From Balanoglossus misakiensis (Eukaryota > Animalia > Hemichordata): a DNA stretch of 64,000 bases. The notes under the pieces are model-generated. The model worked only from the letters and a program-made list of their open reading frames with translations, had not been told where the DNA came from and did not search any database. This document shows, piece by piece, positions 32,628-43,839 of the stretch. The stretch is taken from positions 62,001-126,000 of the forward strand of contig JBECUI020000027.1 in assembly GCA_040954595.2 (NCBI GenBank), read 5' to 3'. The first letter of the stretch is position 1; each line of letters starts with the position of its first letter. Position numbers and translations under genes: made by a program.

Positions 32628-34080
32628 TTATGGATTTTCTTCTTTTCTCTCAAAATGCTTCAGAAGTTCCCGACCCAAAGCGTCATTGTTTCCCGCTCCA
32701 AGAGTCAAGAACAGATCTCCTGACTTAAGCGTCTCTACCAAAAAAGGAAAGGCTTCTTCGGTAGTTGGGTAATACATCGTAGGGGAAAAACGCCGATCCG
32801 TTGTTTTTCTATGAAGATCCCATCCAGAGATATTTCCCTCAAAAACCTCCCGGGCTGAGGCGTAAATATCGTGAAGAATTAAAAGATCAGCATAGTCAAA
32901 GACCTGGGAGAACTCTTCTAACAAGGCTGCCGTACGGCTGTACGTATGGGGCATAAAGTCCACAACCAAACGACGTTGGGGATAAAACTCCTTGAGCCCT
33001 TTCAAAGTCGCCTTAATAGCGGTGGGGTGGTGACCATAGTCATCCATAAACAGTATGCCGCATTTCTCTCCCAGAACCTCACTACGCCGCCGACTGCCGG
33101 TATAGGAAGAAAGGATTCGGGCTATCTCCGAAGGAGTGGCGATTTCTGGATGCCCCGCATCCAAGAAGAGAATAGTGATAAGCGCTACGGCAGCAGCAGC
33201 ATCCAGAGCCAGATGCCTCCCGGGGACCTTAAGAATAAAATTCTGGTTTACAGACTCAAGAGAGAAGCTGTTCTTCCCGGAGGAAACTGGTCCATAGGTA
33301 AGCCGCCAAGGACCTTCAGCACTCTCTCCGTAGGGTATGAAGAGAATACCAGGTCTCCGCTTCTGGAGGATTTCCGCTACTTCCCGGGCACCAGCATTGT
33401 CATGACAATAAAGAAAAGTTCCCCCGTCAGGGAGTGTCGAAGCAAAGCTCACAAAGGCATCTCGAATAGAGGCATAATCAGGGTAAAAATCCTGATGATC
33501 CTCCTCTACACTGGTAAGAAGAAGATACCGTGGTCGGAAATGGAGAAAATGACGCCGATATTCACAGGTTTCGGCAATAAGATAACGATCTCCTCCAAAC
33601 CAAGTGGAACGGTTTCCCAGACCAGCAACAGCTCCCCCCACCACAACCCTTGCCGGAAGGTTTAAATTCTGCGCCAAAATTCCAACCAAAGCCGTAGTAG
33701 TGGTTTTTCCATGGACTCCGGCGATTGCCACAGCCAAAGAGCGCCTGGAGAGAGCTCCCAGAGCCTCTGGGTAGTTGAAAACAGGAAGAGAGCGCCGGCG
33801 AGCTTCGACAACTTCCACATGCTCTTCTCCATAGGCAGCAGATTTCAAAACAAGCTCCGTATCGGAGGGAATATTATCCGCAGAAAAGCCTTCTCGTAGA
33901 GAAACTCCCAAATCAGCCAGAATTTGATCCGTATAGAACTTTTCCGACACATCAGAACCGGATATCTGGGCTCCCAGAGAACTCAAGATCTCGGCCATGG
34001 CAGTCATACCAGTACCTTTGATACCAATAAGATGAATGACGACACCTGGTAGCTTTGAGGAGAAAAGATTGTTGAGCATG
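32628..34080 (-). CDS. murC: UDP-N-acetylmuramate--L-alanine ligase
   Basis: IGIKGTGM, GVHGKTTTT, ETCEY, DDYGHHPT, PHTYSRT, LGAGN; ORF track extends to 34115. Confidence 0.93.
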
Positions 34081-34170
34081 GGCTTGAGTATAGCTTCCTG
34101 GAAAGAGGGAAACAAGCAGAAAAAACTTCTCCCTTTCCTAGTAATGAAGATAATTACTTAGGAATGGAAG

Positions 34171-35202
34171 CTAGCCTTCCGAGGCGTCAAGTACCTTATC
34201 AGGCAGGCATTGTAGAGCTTTCTGTAAACCCTCTGCCCAATACTTCCTACCTTGGGAGGGCAGTAGACTCAGGGACCTCTTCCATTTTTTTGTCCCCGGA
34301 CATCCTGCAGCAATGTTCAAAAGCGGCTGAATCAACAGCCCCAGAGACATACCCTCATAGGCTCGACGTTCCAAATAAGGCAGGGCCTGCATAAGGACCT
34401 GTCGGCGGGTAGGAGGAGGCTCTGTTCCTCCCAGCCATCGACGGTCTGCCTCAGCAAGAAACCAGGGTTGATCACAGGCAATACGCCCCAGCATTACCCC
34501 ATCTACTTTGCGGAGAACCTCATCCACACTCTCAGGATCCCGGTATCCCCCGTTAATTTCAATATGAAGATCTGGGAAAGCCCGCTTGAGACCAAAGACA
34601 TCCTGGGGCCTCAAAGGGGGTATGTCTCTATTTTCCTTGGGGCTAAGTCCTTCCAGAATAGCAATGCGAGCATGAACAATGAACTTTCGGCATCCTTCTT
34701 CCCGGAGGATTCGGACGAAATTCAGCAAATCATCATATTCTTCTAAGCAGACTTTACTGCTGCGGATTCCTATGCGGTGCTTTACTGTTATAGGAAGTTT
34801 CACAGCTCTCGTCATTGCCCTAAGTATCCATGCCACATGCTTAGGCGAGGCCATCAGGGATGCCCCGAAATTATGGTTCTGAACTTTTTCGCTGGGACAA
34901 CCTAGGTTGAGATTGATCTCATCGTAGCCCCAGTCCTCTCCGATTCGTGCTGCTTCCGCCAGCTCTTCGGGAAGGTCCCAAGCCAACTGCAAACAGAGGG
35001 GATGTTCTGAAGAATCAAAATCCAAAAGCTTTTTACGGTCTCCTCTGATCACCGCCGGAGCTGTAAGCATTTCCGTATAGAGAAGACTTCTCCGAGTGAT
35101 CAGCCGCATAACACGCCGCCAGTCCCGGTTGCTTCTATCCAACATGGGTGCCAGACTTAGAACCTCCCGACGCACGGAACGTTTTTCTAAGGGAAGATTC
35201 AT
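34171..35202 (-). CDS. dusA: tRNA dihydrouridine(20/20a) synthase
   Basis: LAPMLD, GYDEINLNLGCPS, VKHRIG, VHAR..LEGLSPKENRDIPPL (DusA-type). Confidence 0.93.
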   Translation of the reverse strand: MNLPLEKRSVRREVLSLAPMLDRSNRDWRRVMRLITRRSLLYTEMLTAPAVIRGDRKKLLDFDSSEHPLCLQLAWDLPEELAEAARIGEDWGYDEINLNLGCPSEKVQNHNFGASLMASPKHVAWILRAMTRAVKLPITVKHRIGIRSSKVCLEEYDDLLNFVRILREEGCRKFIVHARIAILEGLSPKENRDIPPLRPQDVFGLKRAFPDLHIEINGGYRDPESVDEVLRKVDGVMLGRIACDQPWFLAEADRRWLGGTEPPPTRRQVLMQALPYLERRAYEGMSLGLLIQPLLNIAAGCPGTKKWKRSLSLLPSQGRKYWAEGLQKALQCLPDKVLDASEG

Positions 35203-36563
35203 TCAGAAGGAACCACGAGTCCTTTCAAGTCGGGGTCTTGTCCCTCTTTTAAGTCCATTGCCCGAATGGTAATGAATTGGTTCTTTACATCTTCAACCTT
35301 TTGAGTTCCTGGAAGAAAAAAGCACGAAGGGACATAGTATTCTCCTAGTCCCCTAGCCAGGTAACTTCCGTCGGTCTGCGGCCAGACCTCTTCCACAAGG
35401 ATTTTCTGCTGTGTCCCTAAAAGACTACTTCGGTAAGCCCTTTTGCTTTGTTCAGAGATTTCTCTGATGATCTCTCCCCGCTTTTTTTTCACATCTTCCG
35501 ATATCTGCTCCTCCATTCGGCTTGCCCGGGTAGCTTCCCGACGAGAATAGGGAAAGGTGTGAATGTGTCCAAAACCCATTCGCTTAACCAAGGCTACACT
35601 GGCTTGGAAATCTTCTTCCGTCTCTCCAGGGAAGCCCACAATAAGATCGGTGGTAATATTAAATAGGGTATTCTGACTCCGCAGACCTTCCACAATCTCT
35701 TCAAATTGTCTGAGACTGTATTGTCTGCGCATTTTTAAAAGAATTTTGTCAGATCCTGATTGGACACAGAGATGGAGATGGGGGGACATTCTAGGATGAT
35801 TGAGAAGTTCGTTAAGATTTTTAACCAGAATTTCTGGTTCCAAGGACCCAAGACGCAACCGCCAGTCTCCCTCCACCTCCAAACAAGAGCGGACCAAGTC
35901 AACAAAATCCAGGGATTCCTCCTCCCAGCGAATCATGTTCACCCCTGTTAGAACTATCTCTTTATAACCATGAGAAACGGCTTCCTTTACAGCGTTTAGA
36001 ACTTCCTTTAAAGGACGACTTATCCCCCGGCCCCTAACCTTGGGAATGATGCAGAAGCTACAGTGATTGTCACAGCCGTCCTGGATTTTCACCATCCCAC
36101 GAGTCCTAAAAACTCGTTCGGCTACAGGATAATCAAAAGGTGTCGGCTTTTTTGCCTCAAGGTCAAAAATTTCTCCCCGAATATGAGCTTCCACCAGATG
36201 TGGAATCAAGCTTTTGGCATCGTTGCCTACCACCAAGGTATGACCATCGCTTTCCAGAGTGTCCCGGAGACGACTTTCGGCATAACAGCCAGCCAGAACA
36301 ACCAAGGGGAGATGAGCCGGAGGGGAGGGAGAGAGAGAATTTATGAGTTTTCGAGCCTGATTTACGGCAGAACGGCTTTTACGGTCCGCCGAAGCCGTGA
36401 CGGTGCAGCTGTTGACCACCACGACTTCCGCTGCTTCACCAAAACGCACCAACTGCCAGCCCCGACGTTGAAAAATCGTGGCCAAGGATGCCGACTCAGC
36501 CTGATTGAGTTTGCACCCCAGGGTTTTAAATGAAATTCTTGGTGCTGCCGACTCTCTATCCAT
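35199..36563 (-). CDS. mtaB: tRNA t6A37 methylthiotransferase
   Basis: TLGCKLNQAES, NSCTVT, KIQDGCDNHCSFC, HTFPYS.R. Confidence 0.9.
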   Translation of the reverse strand: MDRESAAPRISFKTLGCKLNQAESASLATIFQRRGWQLVRFGEAAEVVVVNSCTVTASADRKSRSAVNQARKLINSLSPSPPAHLPLVVLAGCYAESRLRDTLESDGHTLVVGNDAKSLIPHLVEAHIRGEIFDLEAKKPTPFDYPVAERVFRTRGMVKIQDGCDNHCSFCIIPKVRGRGISRPLKEVLNAVKEAVSHGYKEIVLTGVNMIRWEEESLDFVDLVRSCLEVEGDWRLRLGSLEPEILVKNLNELLNHPRMSPHLHLCVQSGSDKILLKMRRQYSLRQFEEIVEGLRSQNTLFNITTDLIVGFPGETEEDFQASVALVKRMGFGHIHTFPYSRREATRASRMEEQISEDVKKKRGEIIREISEQSKRAYRSSLLGTQQKILVEEVWPQTDGSYLARGLGEYYVPSCFFLPGTQKVEDVKNQFITIRAMDLKEGQDPDLKGLVVPSE

Positions 36564-36573
36564 TTTTTCCTGC

Positions 36574-37968
36574 CTATGCTTCTACAAGACGGCCTTGAAG
36601 ACTCAAGTCCGCAGAAGAAGAAATTTCTAACTTAATGAAGTTACCGATGAGATTCTTCTTATCTGAAGGAAAACGCAAAGGAATTCTACCTTCGGTATAG
36701 CCCCTCAGATAACCTGGTTTTCGGTCTTCTCCCGTAACAAGCACCCTTTGCCGCTCACCCACCCTCCGACGATTTTTCTCTCCGGCCGTATGGAGCAAAG
36801 TATCGGAAAGAATTCTTAAGCGCCGTTTTTTCTCCAGACTGGGAACACCGTCGACCCAGCGAGCACTGACAGCCCCAGGCCGGGGGCTATACTGGGCAAT
36901 GTAGGCCATGTCATAACGAAATTCTTCCATGGCCAGGCGGGTGTTTTCAAATTGCTCTTCGGACTCTCCGTTAAAACCCACAATAATATCAGTGAACAAG
37001 GTTGCCTGCGGAAGTATCTCATGTATATTGCTGACAACCTGGCGATAATCTTCCAAAGTATGATTGCGGTTCATCTTTAGAAGGACCTTATCATCTCCAG
37101 ACTGCAAAGGAAGATGGAGCTGTTTTGCTAATACCGGATAGTCGGCTATGACTTCAAGAAGCTCCCTGCCCATATCCCGAGGATGGGGGCTGGTAAAATA
37201 GATCCAGAAATCCATCCCCGATTCTCTTCCCAATTCTCCCACCTGCCGCATCAATTCAGGAAAAGAGAGTTCTTCTCCCGGACGGTCAAGGCCGTAGGAA
37301 TTGACATTTTGACCCAAAAGGGTAATAGATTTACAGCCCCGAGAAATCAAGGTTCTTACTTCCTTAAGTATCTCATGACTTGGCCTGGAAACTTCCCGGC
37401 CCCGGGTATAGGGAACGGCACAGAAGGTACAGAATTTGTCACAACCGTTTTGGATAGGCACAAAGGCTTCATAGGGAGAACTATAGGAGGGCTTTATCTC
37501 CCAGAAGGTGTTCAATTTCTCCTTTGGAGTCTTTGTTGAATGCTGCAACTTATAAGGGGAATCAGGAGGCAGAAGCACCCGCTGAGCTTCACCCTGCAGG
37601 GTTCCGAAAGCAGGAGTAGGAACCCCATACTGACGAATAAGTTCCGGCAAGCTGCTTAAGTCCTCAATCGAAAAGACCAGATCAAAAAGTTTAAGGAAGC
37701 GGATTTTGTCTTTAGGAAGAATGCAGCCCGAGACAAAGGTCAACAAGGATCGCGTAGGCTTCCAGCTGTTCCACAAAAGGATACGGCTATAGACCTTATC
37801 GATGGCACGCTGCCGAACAGAGCAGGAAACAATTCCCAAAAGATCCGCTTCTACCTCATGTTCAGTTTCCTGATATCCCATACCACTTAAAACCGTCCTT
37901 ATTCTCTCGGAATCAGAACGGTTCATTTGGCATCCCAGAGGTACAAGGGCGTATTTCATAGTAGGCAC
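36574..37968 (-). CDS. miaB: tRNA i6A37 methylthiotransferase
   Basis: GCQMN.SDSE, GCDKFCTFCAVPYTRGRE, LLGQNVNSYG, TSPHP, YSPRPG, TRAM domain. Confidence 0.92.
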   Translation of the reverse strand: MPTMKYALVPLGCQMNRSDSERIRTVLSGMGYQETEHEVEADLLGIVSCSVRQRAIDKVYSRILLWNSWKPTRSLLTFVSGCILPKDKIRFLKLFDLVFSIEDLSSLPELIRQYGVPTPAFGTLQGEAQRVLLPPDSPYKLQHSTKTPKEKLNTFWEIKPSYSSPYEAFVPIQNGCDKFCTFCAVPYTRGREVSRPSHEILKEVRTLISRGCKSITLLGQNVNSYGLDRPGEELSFPELMRQVGELGRESGMDFWIYFTSPHPRDMGRELLEVIADYPVLAKQLHLPLQSGDDKVLLKMNRNHTLEDYRQVVSNIHEILPQATLFTDIIVGFNGESEEQFENTRLAMEEFRYDMAYIAQYSPRPGAVSARWVDGVPSLEKKRRLRILSDTLLHTAGEKNRRRVGERQRVLVTGEDRKPGYLRGYTEGRIPLRFPSDKKNLIGNFIKLEISSSADLSLQGRLVEA

Positions 37969-37969
37969 C

Positions 37970-38617
37970 TCAAAAATAGACCTCCCCGTGGATCCGATCA
38001 GCAGGGATGTTTTGATTTCTTAAAATATCGTAGACTTCATAAATCATATCACAGTTACCACAAAGATAGACCAAGGTTTCTGGAGCCACTCTATTGTTCT
38101 TGAGCCAATCGGTTACCCGACCGGAAAAATCCCCTCCCGCCTCTCGACTCACACAGGAAACGAGCCGGGAAGGATCAAAAAAATCATGTTCATAGTTCTC
38201 TCTCCGATAACGCACACCGTGAACCAAACGGTAATTTAAATTCGGGTAGCTACCGACAAAGCAGCGAAAGGGGCTGATTCCCGTACCTGTAGCCAAAAAA
38301 AGGAAAGGGTGTGAACGTTCTTCCAGAAGAAAAAATCCGAAAGGACCTTCAATACTAACTTCTTCCCCCATTTTCAACCTTCTTAATTGGGGAGAAAGGC
38401 GGCCATGGGGAATCTCTTTGATCAGAACTTCCAGGTAGTCTTCATCCACGGGAGAGTAAACAGAATACTCTCGTTGGTCTATACCCGGTAAAGGCCCCAG
38501 ATGGATGTACTGTCCTGGTTTGAAGTCAAAGTTCCCACGGTTAAAACGAAGGACATAAGCACTTTCGCATAGATTCCGTAGTCCTATAAATTTATGGTTT
38601 TTCTTGTAACTAATCAC
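37970..38617 (-). CDS. FAD/NAD(P)-binding ferredoxin reductase-like oxidoreductase
   Basis: FKPGQY, REYS, G.LS..L, GPFG, ATGTGISP, YLCG. Confidence 0.88.
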   Translation of the reverse strand: MISYKKNHKFIGLRNLCESAYVLRFNRGNFDFKPGQYIHLGPLPGIDQREYSVYSPVDEDYLEVLIKEIPHGRLSPQLRRLKMGEEVSIEGPFGFFLLEERSHPFLFLATGTGISPFRCFVGSYPNLNYRLVHGVRYRRENYEHDFFDPSRLVSCVSREAGGDFSGRVTDWLKNNRVAPETLVYLCGNCDMIYEVYDILRNQNIPADRIHGEVYF

Positions 38618-38784
38618 CTTCTATACCTTGGCGATGCATTCAGATTCAAATCTAAGTTCCATGGGAACAGTCTGAATTATATTTCCTGTTGAATCAACGT
38701 TCTGATGCGGCCTTAAGGTAGTACATGGAACAAAGTCGATACTTAAGGTAAAGTTTGCTTACTTCTTCTGCTTTAAGGATACTT

Positions 38785-39675
38785 ATGCTCCCTAACCTTA
38801 GGAAACCAGAATGGCTCAAGATCCAACTTAATACCACCGAAGACACCCTTGCCGTGCGGAGGGACATCCGTGAAAAAGGTCTCCACACAGTCTGCGAAGA
38901 GGCCCGCTGCCCTAATCTCCATGAATGCTGGAGCCACCATCGAACGGCCACGTTTATGATTCTTGGAGATACCTGTACCCGCCGCTGCCGCTTCTGTGCC
39001 GTCAAGACCGGCTTGCCCCTCCCCCCTGACAAGGATGAGCCCCGGAGGGTGGCGGCTTCTGTTATCAAACTCGGTATTACCCATGTGGTTATTACCATGG
39101 TGGACAGAGATGATCTGGAGGATGGCGGGGCCCGCTATTTAGCGGCCACAGGAAGGGCCATAAAGGCCCAAGACCCCCAGGTAAAGGTGGAATACCTCTC
39201 TTCGGATATGATGGGAATGCGGAAGTCCATTGCCGTCCTGATCGCATCATCTCCGGATATTCTCGGGCACAATCTGGAAACTGTTCGGCGCCTCACCCCT
39301 CAGATCCGTTCTAGAAGTACCTACGATAGATCTTTGGGCTTTTTGTTCACCGCCAGAGAACTTGATCCTCTAAGCATAACAAAAAGCGGTCTGATGCTCG
39401 GATTGGGGGAAACACAGGAAGAGATATTGGAAACGTTGCAAGATTTAAGGAATGTGGATTGCAATATGGTCAATTTGGGCCAGTATTTACAGCCTAGCCG
39501 ACGCCACATCCCAGTACAGAAATATTGGCATCCGGAAGAATTTCAGGAACTTAAAGAAAGCGCCCTGGCCATGGGTTTTCTGCATGTGGAAGCTGGACCT
39601 TTGGTAAGATCAAGCTATCATGCTGGAGATCAGCTATCTAAGTTATTAGAAAAAAGAAGGGCCATGAAAAGCTAA
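38785..39675 (+). CDS. lipA: Lipoyl synthase
   Basis: RKPEWL, TVCEEARCPN..EC, CTRRCRFC, HNLETV, LGQYLQPS, GPLVRSSYHA. Confidence 0.96.
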   Translation: MLPNLRKPEWLKIQLNTTEDTLAVRRDIREKGLHTVCEEARCPNLHECWSHHRTATFMILGDTCTRRCRFCAVKTGLPLPPDKDEPRRVAASVIKLGITHVVITMVDRDDLEDGGARYLAATGRAIKAQDPQVKVEYLSSDMMGMRKSIAVLIASSPDILGHNLETVRRLTPQIRSRSTYDRSLGFLFTARELDPLSITKSGLMLGLGETQEEILETLQDLRNVDCNMVNLGQYLQPSRRHIPVQKYWHPEEFQELKESALAMGFLHVEAGPLVRSSYHAGDQLSKLLEKRRAMKS

Positions 39676-39756
39676 GTTCTCAAGGTTTCCATGGCCTTCT
39701 CTAAGTTCAGAGAGAACTCCCCTTGTAAAGTGGTCAGGCAAGTATCAGAAGACCCA

Positions 39757-40614
39757 CTACCCTTTTACGGCTCCCATGGTCAAGCCTTTTATGAAGTAGC
39801 GTTGGAAGAAGAGAAAGACCAGCAAAGTTGGTAAACTCGCAATAAGTGACAAAGCCCCCTGCACCCCCCAGGCCACCGAGTATTGCCCCCTGAGATTGAC
39901 AATTCCTATCATGATAGTGCGCTTTATATCAGACTGGGTAAAAATTAATGGCCACAGGAAGTCATTCCAAATCCAGGTAAATTGCAACACCGCAAGAACA
40001 GCTACAGCCGGAAGACTTAGAGGCAGAGCCACTTGTAAAAGCACTTGGATCTCGTTGGAACCTTCTACAATAGCCGCCTCGCGCAGGGCATTAGGTACGG
40101 CCGCAAAAAAATTACGCATTAAAAGGGTGCAGATGGGGATGCCAAGGGCTGTATGAACAATAAAAATGGGCCACAAGGTGTTTATTAGATTGATGGTGTT
40201 AAACAAGCGGAACAGAGGAACCAGGATAACCTGCGGGGGAAAAAACATCCCCGCAACAATGGTGAGAAACAAAAATTTGCTGCCGGAGAAGGGAAGTTTT
40301 GCAAAAACATAACCCGCCAGAATTCCCAGGATAATGGAAGACAACGTTGAGGGCAGGGTTACGGTGAGAGTATTGAGGAAGTAACGGTGTACCGCCGGAT
40401 TGGACAAGACTTCAACATAATTACCCCAAAAAAACTTCCTAGGGATCGACCATAGATTTCCAAAGGTGATTTCACGAGTAGTTTTGACAGAAGAAAACAG
40501 GACCCCTATGGTTGGGGCCAAAAACAGCACTGCCAAAAAGCAAAGAACTACAAAAATGATTAGATTCCGGAAAGTTAGAAATTTTTTCATTAAATCATCC
40601 GTATATATCATCAA
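39757..40614 (-). CDS. Carbohydrate (CUT1) ABC permease, MalG-like
   Basis: LREAAIVEG EAA motif, WNDFLWP, FQRYFIKGLTMGAVKG. Confidence 0.93.
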   Translation of the reverse strand: MMIYTDDLMKKFLTFRNLIIFVVLCFLAVLFLAPTIGVLFSSVKTTREITFGNLWSIPRKFFWGNYVEVLSNPAVHRYFLNTLTVTLPSTLSSIILGILAGYVFAKLPFSGSKFLFLTIVAGMFFPPQVILVPLFRLFNTINLINTLWPIFIVHTALGIPICTLLMRNFFAAVPNALREAAIVEGSNEIQVLLQVALPLSLPAVAVLAVLQFTWIWNDFLWPLIFTQSDIKRTIMIGIVNLRGQYSVAWGVQGALSLIASLPTLLVFLFFQRYFIKGLTMGAVKG

Positions 40615-41491
40615 TCTTTTTCAGTTGACGAAAATAGACTCCGATTACGGTTATAGCGATTAGAAAGAGCACTATAGAAATGGAGCTTCCGTAGCCCATG
40701 TAATATTTTTTGAAGCTCTCGTTATACATATGCATAGGAAGGGTGTCAGAACTATTGAATGGCCCACCACCAGTCATTATGTAGAGGATGTCAAAACCCT
40801 TAAGAGAATTGATAAGCGACAAAGCTACCGCCACCACCGTTGCAGGTGTTAGAAGAGGAAGAACAACAAGCCAATTGCGCTGCCATGTCCCGGTACCCTC
40901 AATGGCGCAAACCTCAAGAAGATCTTTGGGTATTGAGGTTAATCCTGCCAGGAATATTACCATGGACAATCCGGTTTGTTGCCACGACCAAGCCAGAATG
41001 ACCGATCCAAGAGCCGTATTAGGCCTGGCAAGCCAAGCAAAGTCAAAATCCTTATTGCTAAGAACCGAGATAAGAGAGTTGAGCAGTCCCCAGTCTGGGT
41101 GATAAATCCAGATCCATATCTGTCCAACAACTATGGCACTCAGACAAATAGGTAGATAGAAAATTGACTTGAATGGTTTGGTGAAACGCTGTTTGCTATC
41201 CATGAGCAAGGCAAGAAGGAGCCCAAGGAGGGTTGGTAAGAATAATGCCGAGGCCATCCAGAGAGCCGTGTTGATGGCAGCATTGTAAAAAAGCCTATCG
41301 GTGTAAATTCGCTTGAAATTATCAAAGCCGACAAAGTCATAATTGGGATTGAAACCGTTCCAGTTGGTAAAGGCATAGTAAAAAGAGCTAAGCAGCGGCC
41401 ACACAACAATAATCGAAAAAATTACCAACGGTGGAGCCAACAGCACAATGCGCCAGAAACGATTTTCCTTCTGTATAGAGTGACCCATCAT
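40595..41491 (-). CDS. Carbohydrate (CUT1) ABC permease, MalF-like
   Basis: FVGFDNF, IFYLP, WQQTG..M.IFLAGL.SIP, MTGGGP. Confidence 0.93.
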   Translation of the reverse strand: MMGHSIQKENRFWRIVLLAPPLVIFSIIVVWPLLSSFYYAFTNWNGFNPNYDFVGFDNFKRIYTDRLFYNAAINTALWMASALFLPTLLGLLLALLMDSKQRFTKPFKSIFYLPICLSAIVVGQIWIWIYHPDWGLLNSLISVLSNKDFDFAWLARPNTALGSVILAWSWQQTGLSMVIFLAGLTSIPKDLLEVCAIEGTGTWQRNWLVVLPLLTPATVVAVALSLINSLKGFDILYIMTGGGPFNSSDTLPMHMYNESFKKYYMGYGSSISIVLFLIAITVIGVYFRQLKKIDDIYG

Positions 41492-41519
41492 GGCTCCTGA
41501 TTACAAGAATTCTCAATAT

Positions 41520-41542
41520 ACCCGCCGTTATAAGCGGCGGGT
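41520..41542. terminator. Stem-loop between the binding-protein gene and permease
   Basis: ACCCGCCG-ttataag-CGGCGGGT; typical position for an mRNA-stabilising or attenuating hairpin. Confidence 0.55.
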
Positions 41543-41558
41543 AACTGTTTCCAAAGCT

Positions 41559-42839
41559 CTATTCTTCAAATGCAGCAATGGCATCCAAACTAACCTGTCT
41601 GAGGATAGCATCAAGTCTGCTTGGATCATCCATGAATTCAGAGAACATTGACAAGCCCACTTCGGCCACAGGAGGGGGGGTGGCCAAATCATAGTTAAAG
41701 GCAAAAACGTCAGCAGCCGCAACAGTGGCAGCAGCCTTCTGCATAATCACGTTGTAGCTGGAAGGGGCTATATTGACATTGGCCGACAAGGCACCCTGGG
41801 CATTCACCCATGCTGACTGCACTTCGGGATCAGAAACCATGAAGCTCAGGAATTCCTCTGCTCCCTTCAGGTTTTGAACATTCGATGAAATTACCAAACC
41901 ATCTACGGGCCCACAACCGCCTGAGGGATGGCACTGTTTATCGTGGGGAATTCAAAAAAGTCGTAATCTTCTCCGGCAACCAGGTCAACACTGTTCCAAT
42001 AACCAGTAATCCATGTCCCCATCAGGGTCATGGCGGCCTCACCCCGAGCCACCTTGTCCGCAGCATCGGTCCAGCTGTCCGCATTGGCATTGGGAGCGAA
42101 ATAACCAGCATCGATCATATTCTTCCAAACCGTCATAGCCTCTCTGACTTCGGGATCCGCATAGGAAGCCTTTCCTTCCATGAGTTCGGCCCGGTATGCA
42201 GGACCGGCACTACGAAGCAGCAGGTAATCAAACCAAAACTGTGCTGGCCAGCGATCCTTGGAACCAAGAGCAATGGGAATAACACCCCTTGCCTTCAGTT
42301 TTTCACAAAGATCCACAAAACCCTCTCTATCTTTGGGGAATTCAGAGATTCCAGCCTCTGCCATAACCTTGGTGTTATAAAACATACCCGCATAGTGGTA
42401 GTTAAAGGGAACAAGATAGCGAGATCCGTTGTACATGGTAGCACTGTCCGCTACGGATTTGGCAATCACATTGTCAAGTCCTGCTTTTTCCCACATAGCG
42501 TCAATTGTATGTAAGCCCCCTGCGTCTACAACAAATTGAGTACGAGCTCCAGCCCAATAGCTGAAAATGTCTGGAAGACTACCGCCAGCCGCCCGCACCA
42601 GGATATCGGTTTTAAAAATCTTCATGACCAACAGGACTATTAACCAGCGCAGTACCAGTCTTCTCAGTAAATTTGGCAACTTGCTCGTCAAAGGCCTTCA
42701 GTCCTAATTCTCCAGTAAAGTAATGGCTTATGGTTACTTCCTTACTTCCTCGACCTTGGCAGTTGAATAAGATAAAAGCTGACAAAACTACTGTTAATAA
42801 AGCAATAATCGCAGGTATGCGTTTTTTTGATGATAGCAT
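41559..42839 (-). pseudogene. Carbohydrate ABC substrate-binding lipoprotein, split by two frameshifts
   Basis: Three ORFs (42612-42839, 41903-42691, 41559-41897) join into one protein with lipobox LFNC; extra base in the A5 run at 42614-42618 and a missing base at the G3 run 41907-41909. Confidence 0.85.
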
Positions 42840-42885
42840 AACTTCCTTAACCTCCTGAAAAATCTATGTTTGTCTATTCCTCATG

Positions 42886-42904
42886 TTTGTTTATATCAAA
42901 CAAA
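42886..42904. promoter_or_regulatory. Candidate IclR operator
   Basis: TTTGTTT-atatc-AAACAAA inverted repeat in the divergent intergenic region, downstream of a minus-strand TTGACA (42945-42950). Confidence 0.45.
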
Positions 42905-42998
42905 ACAATCAACTATCTTTAAGAAAATCACTATTCAGCAAGAATGTCAATAGGACTATTGCATATTTTAGATTTAAGTCTTATAATCTTCTAAAATA

Positions 42999-43026
42999 TT
43001 GAAAAATATTTTTTTCGTTGTATAAT
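42999..43026 (+). promoter_or_regulatory. Candidate sigma70 promoter of the IclR operon
   Basis: TTGAAA-N16-TATAAT. Confidence 0.5.
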
Positions 43027-43086
43027 GGTTTATTTAAGTTGTATAATTTTGCACTACTAGAAATGGTGCTTGCAGGAGGGACCATT

Positions 43087-43839
43087 TTGAGGCTGTTGAA
43101 ATCCTTATCGCGAGGTTTGCTTACCCTTGATTACATGCGTGAGGCACAAAGACCCATCCGTTTAACCGACTTGGCCAGGTATTTGGGAGTGGAAAAGTCC
43201 AATGCTTTGCATATTGCAAAGACTCTTGTCATGTCGGGCTATGCAGTTCAAGATGTCAGTCGCCACTATTTACTGACCGAAAAGGCTTTACCAAGGCTCG
43301 AAGACCAATCCCTTAGTCAAATTATTGCCGCAAAGGAGCATTACCATCCGGCCCTCAAGGATTTGGTATGCGAAACCCAAGAATGTGCCCATATGGCAGT
43401 TCTTGTGCATGATCGCGTTTGGTATATAGACAAAATCGACAGTGAACTTCCTCTAAAGGTTGATCATCCCATCGGCTCACTGTATCCCTTGCACTGCACG
43501 GCTCTTGGCAAGGCATTCCTGACTTTTGGGAAAGCAAAGATCAATGGAGAACTGAAGCGCTACACTCCTTTGACTATTACAAAACACGAAGATTTAAAAA
43601 AGGAAATTGCCGTTACCCTAGCACGTGGCTTTGCTATCGATAACGAGGAGTATGCCGAGGGTGTTCGCTGTGCGGCCCGCCCCGTGTATGGAAAGGATGG
43701 GGAAATGATTATTGCTATGGGGGTTTCCGGACCCTCAGTCCGTATAGATAACTTGCGTCTCCAGCAGTTGGGCGAAACCGTCGGTAGGATTCTCTCCCGC
43801 CATGTCATGCTGGCAACCGAAAGAGAAGACTTGTCATGA
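43087..43839 (+). CDS. IclR family transcriptional regulator
   Basis: SLSRGL..L, N-terminal HTH, PLHCTALGKA, GFAIDNEE, GVRC.A.P, GVSGP; TTG start after GGAGGG. Confidence 0.92.
   Translation: MRLLKSLSRGLLTLDYMREAQRPIRLTDLARYLGVEKSNALHIAKTLVMSGYAVQDVSRHYLLTEKALPRLEDQSLSQIIAAKEHYHPALKDLVCETQECAHMAVLVHDRVWYIDKIDSELPLKVDHPIGSLYPLHCTALGKAFLTFGKAKINGELKRYTPLTITKHEDLKKEIAVTLARGFAIDNEEYAEGVRCAARPVYGKDGEMIIAMGVSGPSVRIDNLRLQQLGETVGRILSRHVMLATEREDLS

Noticed and set aside
32946-33665. 239-aa + strand ORF (and similar long antisense ORFs, e.g. 41885-42514)
   Set aside because: Shadow ORFs opposite well-supported genes
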